The notes under the pieces are model-generated. The model worked only from the letters and a program-made list of their open reading frames with translations. It was not told the origin of the DNA and did not search any database. Below, piece by piece: positions 1-9,147 of a stretch of DNA of 64,000 nucleotides (the stretch's first letter is position 1; every line of letters begins with the position of its first letter). Position numbers and translations under genes: made by a program. This DNA comes from an uncultured Chloroflexia bacterium (GTDB taxonomy: Bacteria > Chloroflexota > Dehalococcoidia > SZUA-161): assembly GCA_963847595.1 (NCBI GenBank), contig CAWKAJ010000002.1, positions 1,597,914 through 1,661,913 on the forward strand, given 5' to 3'.

Positions 1-300
1 AGGAACAGCGATTAAATCCACGACGGCTAGTATAGCAGAGGGGCAGGGGTGAGAGAAGATGTTCAGAACTGCATGCGCTGGGGGTGATAACATCCCCAGA
101 GAGCAGAGGAGTACCAGCTACGTCAATCGGTTGCGGTTGCGCTACTTGAATCGTAATCCGTGGAAGGGTTGCGGGACTCCGACACCGCCTGACGATAGAC
201 GAAACGAACAGCCAACCGAACTACTCCCCCCTACTTGAATAAACCGTATTTTCCCCTTATATTTATTGCGGTCTTGGGCCACAATAAAGGAAGGAGGCAC

Positions 301-978
301 ATGAAAAAATACGCTGCTGAACTCATCGGGACGTTCGCATTGGTTCTGGTGGGGTGCGGGAGCGCGGTGATCGCAGGCCAGCATATAGGATTCCTCGGCA
401 TAGCACTGGCATTCGGCCTGGTCATGCTGGTCATGGTCTATGCTATCGGCAACATATCCGGGTGTCACATCAACCCGGCGGTAACCATCGGTATGCTTGT
501 CAGCGGCAGAATCAAAGGCAAAGACGCGCTCTTCTATATCATTGCTCAGTGCATCGGCGCTATCATTGCCGCTGGAGTGCTGCTGGCAATTGCTAAGGGC
601 CTGGCTGGCTATTCCCTGGCAGATAATGGACTGGGACAGAATGGCTACGGTGCCCATTCCCCGGATGGATACGCCATGTGGGCTTGCTTTGTGGCGGAGC
701 TTGTGCTCACCGCACTGTTCGTCTTCGTGGTGTTAGGCTCCACCCGAGAGGAAGCGCCCAAAGGGTTCGCAGGCATAGCTATCGGCTTTGCCCTTGGATT
801 TGCTCATCTAGTAGGGATTCCCATAACGGGCACCTCAGTCAATCCGGCCAGGAGTTTGGGCCCGGCAGTGTTTGTCCGAGGCGATGCGCTGCCCCAACTC
901 TGGCTGTTCTGGGTGGCCCCTATCGTAGGTGGCATCCTGGCGGCCATTATCTGGAAGTACGCATTCGCGCAAAAATAA
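301..978 (+). CDS. aqpZ: Aquaporin Z / MIP-family water channel. Start set at ATG 301 behind RBS aaggagg.
   Basis: Two NPA motifs (HINPAVT, SVNPARS), six hydrophobic helices, typical MIP length. Confidence 0.85.
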   Translation: MKKYAAELIGTFALVLVGCGSAVIAGQHIGFLGIALAFGLVMLVMVYAIGNISGCHINPAVTIGMLVSGRIKGKDALFYIIAQCIGAIIAAGVLLAIAKGLAGYSLADNGLGQNGYGAHSPDGYAMWACFVAELVLTALFVFVVLGSTREEAPKGFAGIAIGFALGFAHLVGIPITGTSVNPARSLGPAVFVRGDALPQLWLFWVAPIVGGILAAIIWKYAFAQK

Positions 979-1027
979 GAGATATTTTTTGCCAACCGCA
1001 TAGTATGAGGTTGTATATTTATCGCTT

Positions 1028-1150
1028 TTCAGCCCCTTGTATCCCCCAAGATTGGGGGAATTTGAAGACTGGGGGACATCCTTCGACAAGCTCAGGACAG
1101 GCCCCCAGACCCCCGGCAGAGGGGTGAACCCCCCTGCACTCCCCTGTCTG
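1028..1150. repeat. Dispersed hairpin-rich intergenic repeat, copy A
   Basis: Unit ttcagcccc..atcccccaagattggggg..ctgggggacatcc..cccccagacccccggcagagggg..cccctgcactcc is shared with 7 other loci in the window. Confidence 0.6.
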
Positions 1151-1223
1151 TACGGCCTCATATTATGCCCATACATTAGTTGCAGGATACTTCCCTTTAT
1201 ACCTTGAGTGAGGAGGGGAAAAG

Positions 1224-1703
1224 ATGGCCGGTAAATCTAAGCCGCGCAAGTCCTGGCAGGAGAAGCTGGCGGATAGCAAAGACCTGCCCAAGGTCGTAGA
1301 GATTAACAATAAGATGAGCAAGCGGTGGGGGACAGGCACAGTTGCTATCCCGGCCCCGAAGGAAGTGGCTGAAATAATGGGCAAAGTGCCCAAAGGCAAG
1401 CTTATCACGATAAATGAGATTCGCGAAATCCTGGCTAAGAGGCACTGCGCTTCTATCGGATGCCCCATAACAACCGGAATCTTCGCCTGGGTCGCAGCTA
1501 ATGCGGCGGAGGAAGCGGCAGCAGAGGGCAAGAAAGATACTATCCCTTACTGGCGGACATTGAAATCAAGCGGGATTATCAACGAGAAATACCCGGGTGG
1601 GGTGGAGGTCCAAAAGAGGCTTCTGGAGAAGGAGGGGCATAAGGTAGTCCAGAAAGGCAAGAACTACAAAGTGGTCGATTTCGAGAAGTGCTTAGTGAGG
1701 TAG
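1224..1703 (+). CDS. MGMT-family alkyltransferase-like protein. The DNA-binding HTH-like C-terminus is present but the catalytic Cys is absent (IPYWRTL in place of PCHRV).
   Basis: Residual MGMT C-terminal pattern: ITINEIREIL..IGCP..IPYWR..GGVEVQKRLLEKEG. Lys-rich N-terminus. Confidence 0.4.
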   Translation: MAGKSKPRKSWQEKLADSKDLPKVVEINNKMSKRWGTGTVAIPAPKEVAEIMGKVPKGKLITINEIREILAKRHCASIGCPITTGIFAWVAANAAEEAAAEGKKDTIPYWRTLKSSGIINEKYPGGVEVQKRLLEKEGHKVVQKGKNYKVVDFEKCLVR

Positions 1704-1714
1704 TATCCTCTCCT

Positions 1715-1961
1715 TTCAACCCCCTGAGTCCCCCAGTCTTGGGGGAGTTTTAAATCTGGGGGATACCCCCAGACCCCCAGCAGGAGGCATCCTGCACCTC
1801 TTTTTTAATCCCCTGTAACCCCTCCTTTATCGGAAAGATTTGGGGGATCTTAAGGATGGGGGACACCCCTATCCGCCTGAGGCGGACGGCGCCTCTCGAA
1901 ATCCCCCTTAATCCCCCTTTGCAAAAGGGGGAGAAGATGGAGGACGGCTCTTCGGCAGGGT
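1715..1961. repeat. Dispersed hairpin-rich intergenic repeat, copy B (composite, about 250 bp)
   Basis: ttcaaccccctgagtcccccagtcttggggg..ctgggggatacccccagacccccagcagg.. plus a second module ending gggtttagcccagcc that is also present in copy C. Confidence 0.6.
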
Positions 1962-3245
1962 TTAGCCCAGCCCCATGGTGGAGAAAAACTCGGAAAACCT
2001 GTTCTTCAGCACGTCGACAGTAGTATATCTCTTGTCAAAGAGGTCGAGCCCTAGAGCCAAGAACGGGACCCCAATGTCGCGGCATACCTGGCGCATGATG
2101 CCTATGCTGGCGGACCCATCCTTATGGCCCATATGCGCGGGCCAGACGACGCAGTCTATCTTGTAATCTTTCACTACCCGCACGATGTCATTCACCAGGG
2201 TATCTGCAGTGCCGCGCACTTGCCTGACCATGGGTAGATCGCACAAATTCCTCTTGGCCAGGCCTCTGAACATGCTTTCCTCGGTCGAGGTGTCAATCAG
2301 CGTGTAGGGTGCATAGCCAGTCATGTCCATTACGATGCATGCCTTCCACTCCGCCTTTAACCACTCTGTCAGCTCGGGTATCCACACAGCAGGGATGTCA
2401 AACCAGAACAACCTTATCCTCTCATCGGGCACGTTTCCCTTACCATCTCTAACTCGCTGCTCTGTTATATCAATAAGCCTCTGGAACCACTCAGTGCCTC
2501 CAGGGTCACCAACCATGAAGCCCTGAGATACATTCCATGCCTGCGCTCCTTTGGCGGCGCTGTGGGGACAGGGCACGGCACGTCTCAGCTCATTATATTC
2601 TGCCCATAACTCGTATTGCTTGTTGGACTCCTTAACAACCTCTCGAAGCCGGTCGATATCCAACCTGCGCCCGGTGTGCTTTTCTATGAATTTTACCATT
2701 AGCCGCAGTTCATCAGCATGGAAATCTATACTTAGGTCGTTCTGCGAATAGGGCGGGTCGGTGCAGAAGGTCGGTACTTTGCGCCAGTACTTGTCGCGAG
2801 CGATTGCCTGATGAAGCATGTCCACACCGTCACAGGGGGAGAGCAGACCGATAAATGCGGTGGGCAGCGGCAGGCGTCCTGCCTGCATATTGCTGATGCC
2901 CAACCTGATAAGCGTGCACATATCGGTGCCCAGCCCGATATTAACGGCTTCATCGACTTGCTCCAGAATATATGGTACCCAGGTCGGCATGAAAGGCAGC
3001 AGCGCAAGCGGGTACCAGGGGAGGTCCAAGGCAACGAACAGCTCCGGAGCGTTCCCGAAAGCGGTCGCGATGAAAGGCTTGCCCTCTTCGGCACATGCAA
3101 CTATGCGATGGTATCTTTCTAACATTGCTTTGACCAGGGTTGCGGTCAGTTGGGTTTCGGGCGACGCACTCTGCTCGAGTCCTTGTAGAGCAAGCTGCAG
3201 TGCGTCACAGTCCTGCTTGAAGCGCTCAAGGCCCCTTATGCCCAT
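1962..3245 (-). CDS. 2-hydroxyacyl-CoA dehydratase family protein (HgdA/HgdB/BcrB/double-cubane-cluster-like), paralog 1. Start set at the MGIRGLERFKQ methionine.
   Basis: Family-typical length (about 428 aa), conserved Cys residues. About 75-80% identical to the downstream paralog, with a near-identical 3' end at nucleotide level. Confidence 0.65.
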   Translation of the reverse strand: MGIRGLERFKQDCDALQLALQGLEQSASPETQLTATLVKAMLERYHRIVACAEEGKPFIATAFGNAPELFVALDLPWYPLALLPFMPTWVPYILEQVDEAVNIGLGTDMCTLIRLGISNMQAGRLPLPTAFIGLLSPCDGVDMLHQAIARDKYWRKVPTFCTDPPYSQNDLSIDFHADELRLMVKFIEKHTGRRLDIDRLREVVKESNKQYELWAEYNELRRAVPCPHSAAKGAQAWNVSQGFMVGDPGGTEWFQRLIDITEQRVRDGKGNVPDERIRLFWFDIPAVWIPELTEWLKAEWKACIVMDMTGYAPYTLIDTSTEESMFRGLAKRNLCDLPMVRQVRGTADTLVNDIVRVVKDYKIDCVVWPAHMGHKDGSASIGIMRQVCRDIGVPFLALGLDLFDKRYTTVDVLKNRFSEFFSTMGLG

Positions 3246-3348
3246 TGTCTCATCCTCTGTTTCGCAACATGACAGTTGCGGTGAGACAATGGTATGTAGA
3301 AATACAGTGCATGTCAAGAGAGTGATGGAGGGCGTTTACCAATCAATT

Positions 3349-3677
3349 TTCAGCCCCCTGTATCCCCCAATCTTGGGGGAGTTTTAAATCTGGGGGATAC
3401 CCCCAGACCCCCAGCAGGAGGCATCCTGCACCTCTTTTTTAACCCCCTGAGCCCCGCTCTTTCCTTTAGAAGGATTGGGGGGGGGGTAAGCTTGGGGCTC
3501 CCCATCCGCCAGGGGCGGACTGCACGTCTCGAAATCCCTCTTAATCCCCCTTTGCAAAAGGGGGGAAAAGAGGGGGGACGGCTGTCGGGCGGTGTTGGGG
3601 CTATCTATTCTATTAGTTCTCTCTTAATGCCTCTTTCATAAAGGGGGAGAAGACGGAGGGCGAGTCTTCGGCAGGGT
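3349..3677. repeat. Dispersed hairpin-rich intergenic repeat, copy C (composite, about 330 bp)
   Basis: Same modules as copy B, including a g-run (gattggggggggg) and the terminal gggtttagcccagcc module. Confidence 0.6.
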
Positions 3678-4961
3678 TTAGCCCAGCCCCATGGTGGAGA
3701 AGAACTCGGAGAACCTGTTCTTCAGGCGGTCTATCGAAGTGTACCTTTTGTCGAAGAGGTCAACCCCCAGAGCCAAAAAGGGCACGCCGATGTCGCGGCA
3801 TACCTGGCGCATGATGCCTATGCTGGCGGACCCATCCTTATGGCCCATATGCGCGGGCCAGACGACGCAGTCTATCTTGTAGTCTTTGACTAACTGAACG
3901 ATGTCATTGGCAAGGGTATCAGCGGTACCGTGAACCTGCCTGACCATGGGCAGCTCGCACAGATTCCTTTTGGCCAGGCCTCTGAACATGCTTTCCTCGC
4001 TCGAGGTGTCAATCAGCGTCTGGGATGCGTAACCCATCATGTCCATCACTATGCAGGCTCCCCACTCCTCTCTGAGCCACTTTGTCAGCTCGGATAACCA
4101 CAGAGCGGGAACGTCAAACCATAACAACCTTATCCTTTCGTTCGGCGCATACCCTTTGCCCTCTTTAACCTGCTGCTTTGTAATGTTGACAAGCTTCCTG
4201 AACCACGCGGTGCCTCTGGGGTCGCCAACCATGAAGTTTTGAGCGATATTCCAGGCCTGCGCTCCCTTGGTAGTGGCGGGAGGACAGGGCACGGCACGCC
4301 TCAGCTCATTATATTTTGCCCACAATTTGTACTGTTTGTTGGATTCCTTGACAACCTCTCTAAGCTGGTCGGTATCCAGCTTGCGCCCGGTCTGTTCTTC
4401 GAGGAAGGACACCATCAGACGCAGTTCGTGAGCGTGAAAATCTACGCTGTGCTCGTTTTCCCAATATGGGGGGTCGGTGCAGAAGACCGGCACGTTGCGC
4501 CAGTAGTCATCGTGAGCTATGGCCTGATGCAGCATAGTCGCACCGTCGCAGGGGGAGAGCAGGCCGACAAATGCGGTGGGCAGAGGCACGCGTGCAGCCT
4601 GAACGTTACTGATACCCAACCTGATGAGGGTGCAGGTATCGGTGCCCAGCCCGAACCTGACGGCTTCATCGATTTCTTCCAGAACAAACGGTGCACGGGT
4701 GGGCAGGTAAGTCACCAGCAGAAGCGGATACCAGGGGAGGTCCAGGGCAACCAGCAGCTCCGGGGCGTTCCCGTAGGAGGTGGCGATGAAAGGCCTGCCC
4801 TCTTCGGCAGCCTCAATGATGCGCTGGGCGGTCTCCAGCATTGCCTCAATCAGGGTTGTAGAAAGCTGGTTTTCGGGCGAACGATTCTGCCCGGACATCT
4901 GAAGAATGAGCTGCAGGGCATCGCGCTCCTGCTTGAAGTGCTCCAGGCCTCTGATAGCCAT
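3678..4961 (-). CDS. 2-hydroxyacyl-CoA dehydratase family protein, paralog 2
   Basis: Starts MAIRGLEHFKQ. Collinear with paralog 1 over its full length. Tandem duplicate. Confidence 0.65.
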   Translation of the reverse strand: MAIRGLEHFKQERDALQLILQMSGQNRSPENQLSTTLIEAMLETAQRIIEAAEEGRPFIATSYGNAPELLVALDLPWYPLLLVTYLPTRAPFVLEEIDEAVRFGLGTDTCTLIRLGISNVQAARVPLPTAFVGLLSPCDGATMLHQAIAHDDYWRNVPVFCTDPPYWENEHSVDFHAHELRLMVSFLEEQTGRKLDTDQLREVVKESNKQYKLWAKYNELRRAVPCPPATTKGAQAWNIAQNFMVGDPRGTAWFRKLVNITKQQVKEGKGYAPNERIRLLWFDVPALWLSELTKWLREEWGACIVMDMMGYASQTLIDTSSEESMFRGLAKRNLCELPMVRQVHGTADTLANDIVQLVKDYKIDCVVWPAHMGHKDGSASIGIMRQVCRDIGVPFLALGVDLFDKRYTSIDRLKNRFSEFFSTMGLG

Positions 4962-5136
4962 CGCTCTCTCCCCTATACTTCGTGAGATGCCTGCCAGGGT
5001 AAAATTATCCTAGAATGAAATACGGTGCAAGTCAACAGGTAGGAGAGCGAGGGATAAATATCGGTGGCTTTGTTTTTCGATTCACCGCAATAGGGCAGCA
5101 GTCGTTAGAAGGGATGGTTAAGGTATAGGTGTTGGC

Positions 5137-6948
5137 TCAGGGGAGATTGCCCACAGCCGTCGCCGTGTGGTCGGAGTCCATAGTTACTGTTATCGGATTC
5201 TCTCCGGTTGAGTTCCCCACATCAACCTGCCACTGGTCAAAGCTGCACCCTTCGCCTGTCTCTGCAGTGAGCGTAACATTACCGTTTTCAGGAGTGGAAA
5301 ATGCGGTGGTATCACCAGCAGGCACAGTCTGGTTACCGCAGGGCAGGCCTTCTACCAGAATGGGACAGCAGCCGTTAGAGGTCACGGTCAAAGTGTGTGT
5401 GGGATACCCCGCTGTGACATTGCCTGATGGCCAGTCTATGCTGGCGCAGTCCCACCACTCGTGATTTGACAGAGTCTTGTTCCCTTCGAAGACCAATTCA
5501 TCATTAATCCATATCTTTACTGTTGCCGTAGAGAGAAGACCGGTGTCGTGATCCGAATAATAGTAAACTTTGTATTGATAGATGCCGTTAAAAGGCGGAG
5601 CAGCCAGAACTATGTACTCCGGGCCGTAGCCATCTTGGTTATCCACATCTAATGAGGGGTCACCAGTACTATTACCGCCAGACCTATCCCAGTCAGGATT
5701 CGGGTTGGCAAAGTAGCAATCACCGAACGGATCATTCTCAGTATAGCACGGTGCGATGAGGTGGCTATCGAGGTCGGTATTGTTGGTGTCCCAGGTGAGC
5801 TCGGCTTTTATGGCGTATAACTGAATATTCGCATTGACCGTAACTGTATCGTTCCCTGTCTGGCCACTCGCATCGGTGGCAGTCACAGTTATGCTGTTCG
5901 AGCCTGGAATCAGCTCGACCTGGGTGCTGAAGCTATAGTCATAAGTGCTGTTACCCTGAAGGGTCAACGGCAGAGAACGTGTTTCGCCATTAAGGGTAAT
6001 AATCGCCCCAGTTTCACTATTGACCTCATTCGTGCTGGTCACATTACCTGACACTGTGAGCAGCCTGTTATCCGTTGCAGAACCGTCCTCAGGGCTGGTT
6101 ATCTGCACCTGCGGAGCACCACCACCTGGGGTTGGCGTTGGCGTAGGCGTCAGTGTTGGAATAGGAGTCGATGTAGGCGTGGGAATAGATGCTGGCTGGT
6201 AATAATATTGCGGTGGTACATTGGTAGGTGTCGGTGTAGGCGTAGGCGTTGGGGTAGGTGTGGGTATCGGTGTTGGTGTAACACTAGGTGAGGGGTTAGA
6301 GGGTGGGCAACCCACACATGCAGATGATTGCATGCCTGTGCCCACCAATACTGTCACGTTATTGGCTGTAAATCCTACATCACCTTCTTCTGAACTTAAG
6401 GTGGTGTTACCATCTATCCCTACCAGCACCGTGAATATCGTACCTCTAACAACCGCAGAAGCGGCCGGGGTCTCGACCTCGTATTTAGACTCGGAATCTA
6501 CGAGTTTTTGCACGCGGTTGACAGTGTTCCCAACCAGTTGCTTCAATCCGATAGTGGTGGAGCCGGTGCCTGAAAGGCTCATCTCATTGATGAGTATTTC
6601 GGTGTCAGCCTGCACCTCCATAGTGCTGCCTTCAAAGAAGAGGAGCAGGGCAGTACTGTTGCCACCCGTCTTGAGCTGGTCTCCCGCCTCGAGTTTCATA
6701 CCGGCAACGGCTTGTACCCAGGTTGTAGTACCCTGTTTTTGCACCAGCACCTCTCCGCTGAGAGATGAGATAGTGCTGGGAGGGGAACTGGTAGCAGGAG
6801 TAGGAGTAGGAGTGGGAGCAGGGCTAGGAGTAGCTGTCGGTGTCGGAGTGGCTGCTCCCTGTCCACCACAACTGACAAGCGGCACCAGCAGCATTAGTGC
6901 CAGCAGTAAGGCGATATATCTGAAAGCCATTTGGACCTTAGTAGTCAA
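5137..6948 (-). CDS. Secreted lipoprotein with a FecR-like domain, two Pro/Thr-rich linkers, Ig-like middle region and a C-terminal beta-rich domain
   Basis: Lipobox-like LVSCGG after the signal peptide. FecR-like block [37 protein letters not shown]. Linkers (PT)n. Many N-x-S/T sequons. Confidence 0.55.
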   Translation of the reverse strand: MTTKVQMAFRYIALLLALMLLVPLVSCGGQGAATPTPTATPSPAPTPTPTPATSSPPSTISSLSGEVLVQKQGTTTWVQAVAGMKLEAGDQLKTGGNSTALLLFFEGSTMEVQADTEILINEMSLSGTGSTTIGLKQLVGNTVNRVQKLVDSESKYEVETPAASAVVRGTIFTVLVGIDGNTTLSSEEGDVGFTANNVTVLVGTGMQSSACVGCPPSNPSPSVTPTPIPTPTPTPTPTPTPTNVPPQYYYQPASIPTPTSTPIPTLTPTPTPTPGGGAPQVQITSPEDGSATDNRLLTVSGNVTSTNEVNSETGAIITLNGETRSLPLTLQGNSTYDYSFSTQVELIPGSNSITVTATDASGQTGNDTVTVNANIQLYAIKAELTWDTNNTDLDSHLIAPCYTENDPFGDCYFANPNPDWDRSGGNSTGDPSLDVDNQDGYGPEYIVLAAPPFNGIYQYKVYYYSDHDTGLLSTATVKIWINDELVFEGNKTLSNHEWWDCASIDWPSGNVTAGYPTHTLTVTSNGCCPILVEGLPCGNQTVPAGDTTAFSTPENGNVTLTAETGEGCSFDQWQVDVGNSTGENPITVTMDSDHTATAVGNLP

Positions 6949-7165
6949 TAGAAATCTTTCTCAGGGCATTCGTGTCACATGCGACAAAATTCGCTGCCGC
7001 GTTGATGATAAACGGCAGGTCTAAATCTTAACGCGGATAGTGCTTTTAGTCAAGAAGAGATTGAGAAATAGGTGGGATAAGTTAGCTTTAGGGAAGAATA
7101 TGCACATGTGGTGGGGGCGATACCGGTGCAGGAGGGTTTAGTCCGAGGCTCAGGCCATCGAATTA

Positions 7166-7226
7166 GCAACATAGAAATCAAAGAGGTCGCTGCTGGGGTA
7201 TCACTGCCCCAGTGCCAGCGACCTCT
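7166..7226 (-). terminator. Rho-independent terminator downstream of archaellin 1
   Basis: On the minus strand, a gaggtcgctgg..ccagcgacctc stem with a nested inner hairpin is followed by tttgatttctatgtt. Confidence 0.45.
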
Positions 7227-7248
7227 CACGTCTTTGCCCGTTTTATCT

Positions 7249-7851
7249 CTAATCAAGGTTCATTACAGCATCAATCCTGGCGGGCAATGTCCGATTCAGG
7301 ATCACGGCTGCACCGGTCACAGGCTTCACCTCAACGGTGAATGTGCTGTAAATGCCGGGACTGGTAGTAAGGTGAGACAGGTCTACCGTAACCACAGCCT
7401 GATCATCCTGCTCCAGCAGGTTACTACCACCGGTGTTCGTGTTCCTGCCTATCCAATTGACAGTCCAGGGCATGTCGGCAACATGCTGGTTGTTGTCGGT
7501 GTAGCTTATTATGGTAACATGGGTGTCATTCCCACCATATGGATTTGGCGACAGGTCAATGGCCTGCCCCTGCAAAGCGTTGGTCAGCGTGAAAGACACC
7601 GCCGTCACGTTCCCGGTGGTGGTGTTACCATAGGCAAACATACTCCCTTTGACCTCCATGGTCGCCCTGGTTTCCGCTATCCCTGCATAGACCGCTTCTT
7701 GGCCCTTCTGGGACGAGAATATGCCTGCCGACAACACTGTGTAGGCGAACACCGATGCCACGACCACGAAGGCAATCAGAATGATCGCCGTCTCCAGGCC
7801 AGTGATGCCTCTCTCATCCCGGCGCAGGTTCTTGTTCAATCCTTTAAGCAT
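7249..7851 (-). CDS. Archaeal-type flagellin (archaellin, FlaB/ArlB-like) with class III (type IV pilin-like) signal peptide
   Basis: N-terminus KNLRRDERG|ITGLETAIILIAFVVVASVFAYTVL is the archaellin signature. Beta-rich C-terminal domain has N-x-T sequons. RBS aggagg upstream. Confidence 0.75.
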   Translation of the reverse strand: MLKGLNKNLRRDERGITGLETAIILIAFVVVASVFAYTVLSAGIFSSQKGQEAVYAGIAETRATMEVKGSMFAYGNTTTGNVTAVSFTLTNALQGQAIDLSPNPYGGNDTHVTIISYTDNNQHVADMPWTVNWIGRNTNTGGSNLLEQDDQAVVTVDLSHLTTSPGIYSTFTVEVKPVTGAAVILNRTLPARIDAVMNLD

Positions 7852-7924
7852 CTCGCTTACCTCCTTTTAGTTTTAGTTCCTTGTCTGTTTCCTTAATCTA
7901 TACCCGATTCCTGATGGCCTGACC

Positions 7925-8536
7925 TTAGTTCAGTATCGTCCAGGGAGCAAGGGAAGCAGGGGTCGTCCTCTCGATAACGAGCACGCTGCCAATGGGCGGC
8001 TTGATGTCTATATCGAATGTATCATAGGTGCCTATGCCCCCAACCGCTTCCAGGTCTATCGTCATCTGGAAGGTCTGGCCGGGACCGAGTATGCTGTTAC
8101 CAGCCGTCACATTGCCCAGTTGCGTCGCAGTCCAGACCAGGTCGTCAACGCGTTGAGTGCTGTCGGAAAAGGAAACAACCACCACGTTGGAGCTGTTTCC
8201 AGCAGCTAGCCCAGGGGTTGTCGTACTGTTGCCCGGCTCCGTCAGGTCGATGGGCTCGCCATTCAAAGCATTAGCTACGCAGATCACCAGGGATTGAATA
8301 GCCGTGCCGTTAGTCTCCGCAACCACATCGCCCCTCAGTTCCAGCGTGGACCTCGCAGTCTGCAGCCCGGTATAGACTGCCTCCTGGCCCTTCTGAGAAG
8401 CGAATATACCTGCTGACAACACAGTGTAGGCAAATACAGAGGCCACAACCACGAAGGCAATCAGGATGATCGCCGTCTCCAGGCCGGTAATGCCTCTCTC
8501 ATCCCTTCGCATTTTCTTTTCTGGTGTTTTCAACAT
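7925..8536 (-). CDS. Archaeal-type flagellin (archaellin), second tandem paralog. Start set at ATG 8536 behind RBS aaggagg.
   Basis: N-terminal 45 residues are nearly identical to archaellin 1 (MRRDERGITGLETAIILIAFVVVA). Variable domain diverges. Confidence 0.75.
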   Translation of the reverse strand: MLKTPEKKMRRDERGITGLETAIILIAFVVVASVFAYTVLSAGIFASQKGQEAVYTGLQTARSTLELRGDVVAETNGTAIQSLVICVANALNGEPIDLTEPGNSTTTPGLAAGNSSNVVVVSFSDSTQRVDDLVWTATQLGNVTAGNSILGPGQTFQMTIDLEAVGGIGTYDTFDIDIKPPIGSVLVIERTTPASLAPWTILN

Positions 8537-9147
8537 CCTTATCCTCCTTATCGGTTTGATGCACTTGTCAATCAAGCCTGCCGTTGTGTTGCAGGCTATC
8601 CTGAAGCCCTGAGTCAAGTTTTGACCATCCGCATCACCTCCTCCGACCTTGACCTTTTACTGCCGATATGTCCTTTCGCTGTGACTTCCCAATTGCATAG
8701 GGCTCTCAAACAAGTATCGGTAGCAATCCTATCAACTGATTAGCTTTTGCACAATCACCGCACAGTACCGTAATAAAAAGTTATATAGTAATGCCTTGAA
8801 GGTAGTACTACCTTACCGAGCAGTTCCCCAAAGAGGGCTAGGTACGCGTTCGAATCAGGTGAACCCGTGAGGGGAAAAAGAAGCCCCGGGGCTGGCTTTA
8901 ACGCCTTATTCCTCGGGGCACCGGTCAAGGCCAGAGGGTCTCGGAAACAAACGACTCTGAAGCGGCCTACTCTCCAGAGCGACATCGATATTTTGCTTCA
9001 GGTCCTGGCTAATAGCAATATTACAAGCGTACTTTTATGCGGCAAACTTCTGTAAGTTTGGTTAACGGCATTGCTCAGCGTTTCAGGACTGAGGGCTTGG
9101 GGGAGGGCGGTTGTGTGGATATTGAGTGACTAGTGCTATCCGGAATG

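Noticed and set aside
142-657. 171-aa minus-strand ORF
   Set aside because: Antisense to aqpZ, which has clear NPA motifs.
6093-6290. Short tandem repeats considered as a CRISPR array
   Set aside because: Units are 6-12 bp, lie in frame inside a coding region and encode a Pro-Thr linker. There are no spacers.
6221-7024. 267-aa plus-strand ORF
   Set aside because: Antisense shadow ORF across the Pro/Thr-rich FecR lipoprotein gene. Low-complexity GVGV translation.
8755-8985. 76-aa minus-strand ORF in the archaellin leader
   Set aside because: No RBS or conserved features. The region is better explained as a non-coding leader.
8830-8990. Possible c-di-GMP (GEMM) riboswitch upstream of archaellin 2
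   Set aside because: Only a loose resemblance (ggcgttaaagcc versus GGACGCAAAGCC). The conserved GGCAAA/CGAAAG features are missing.
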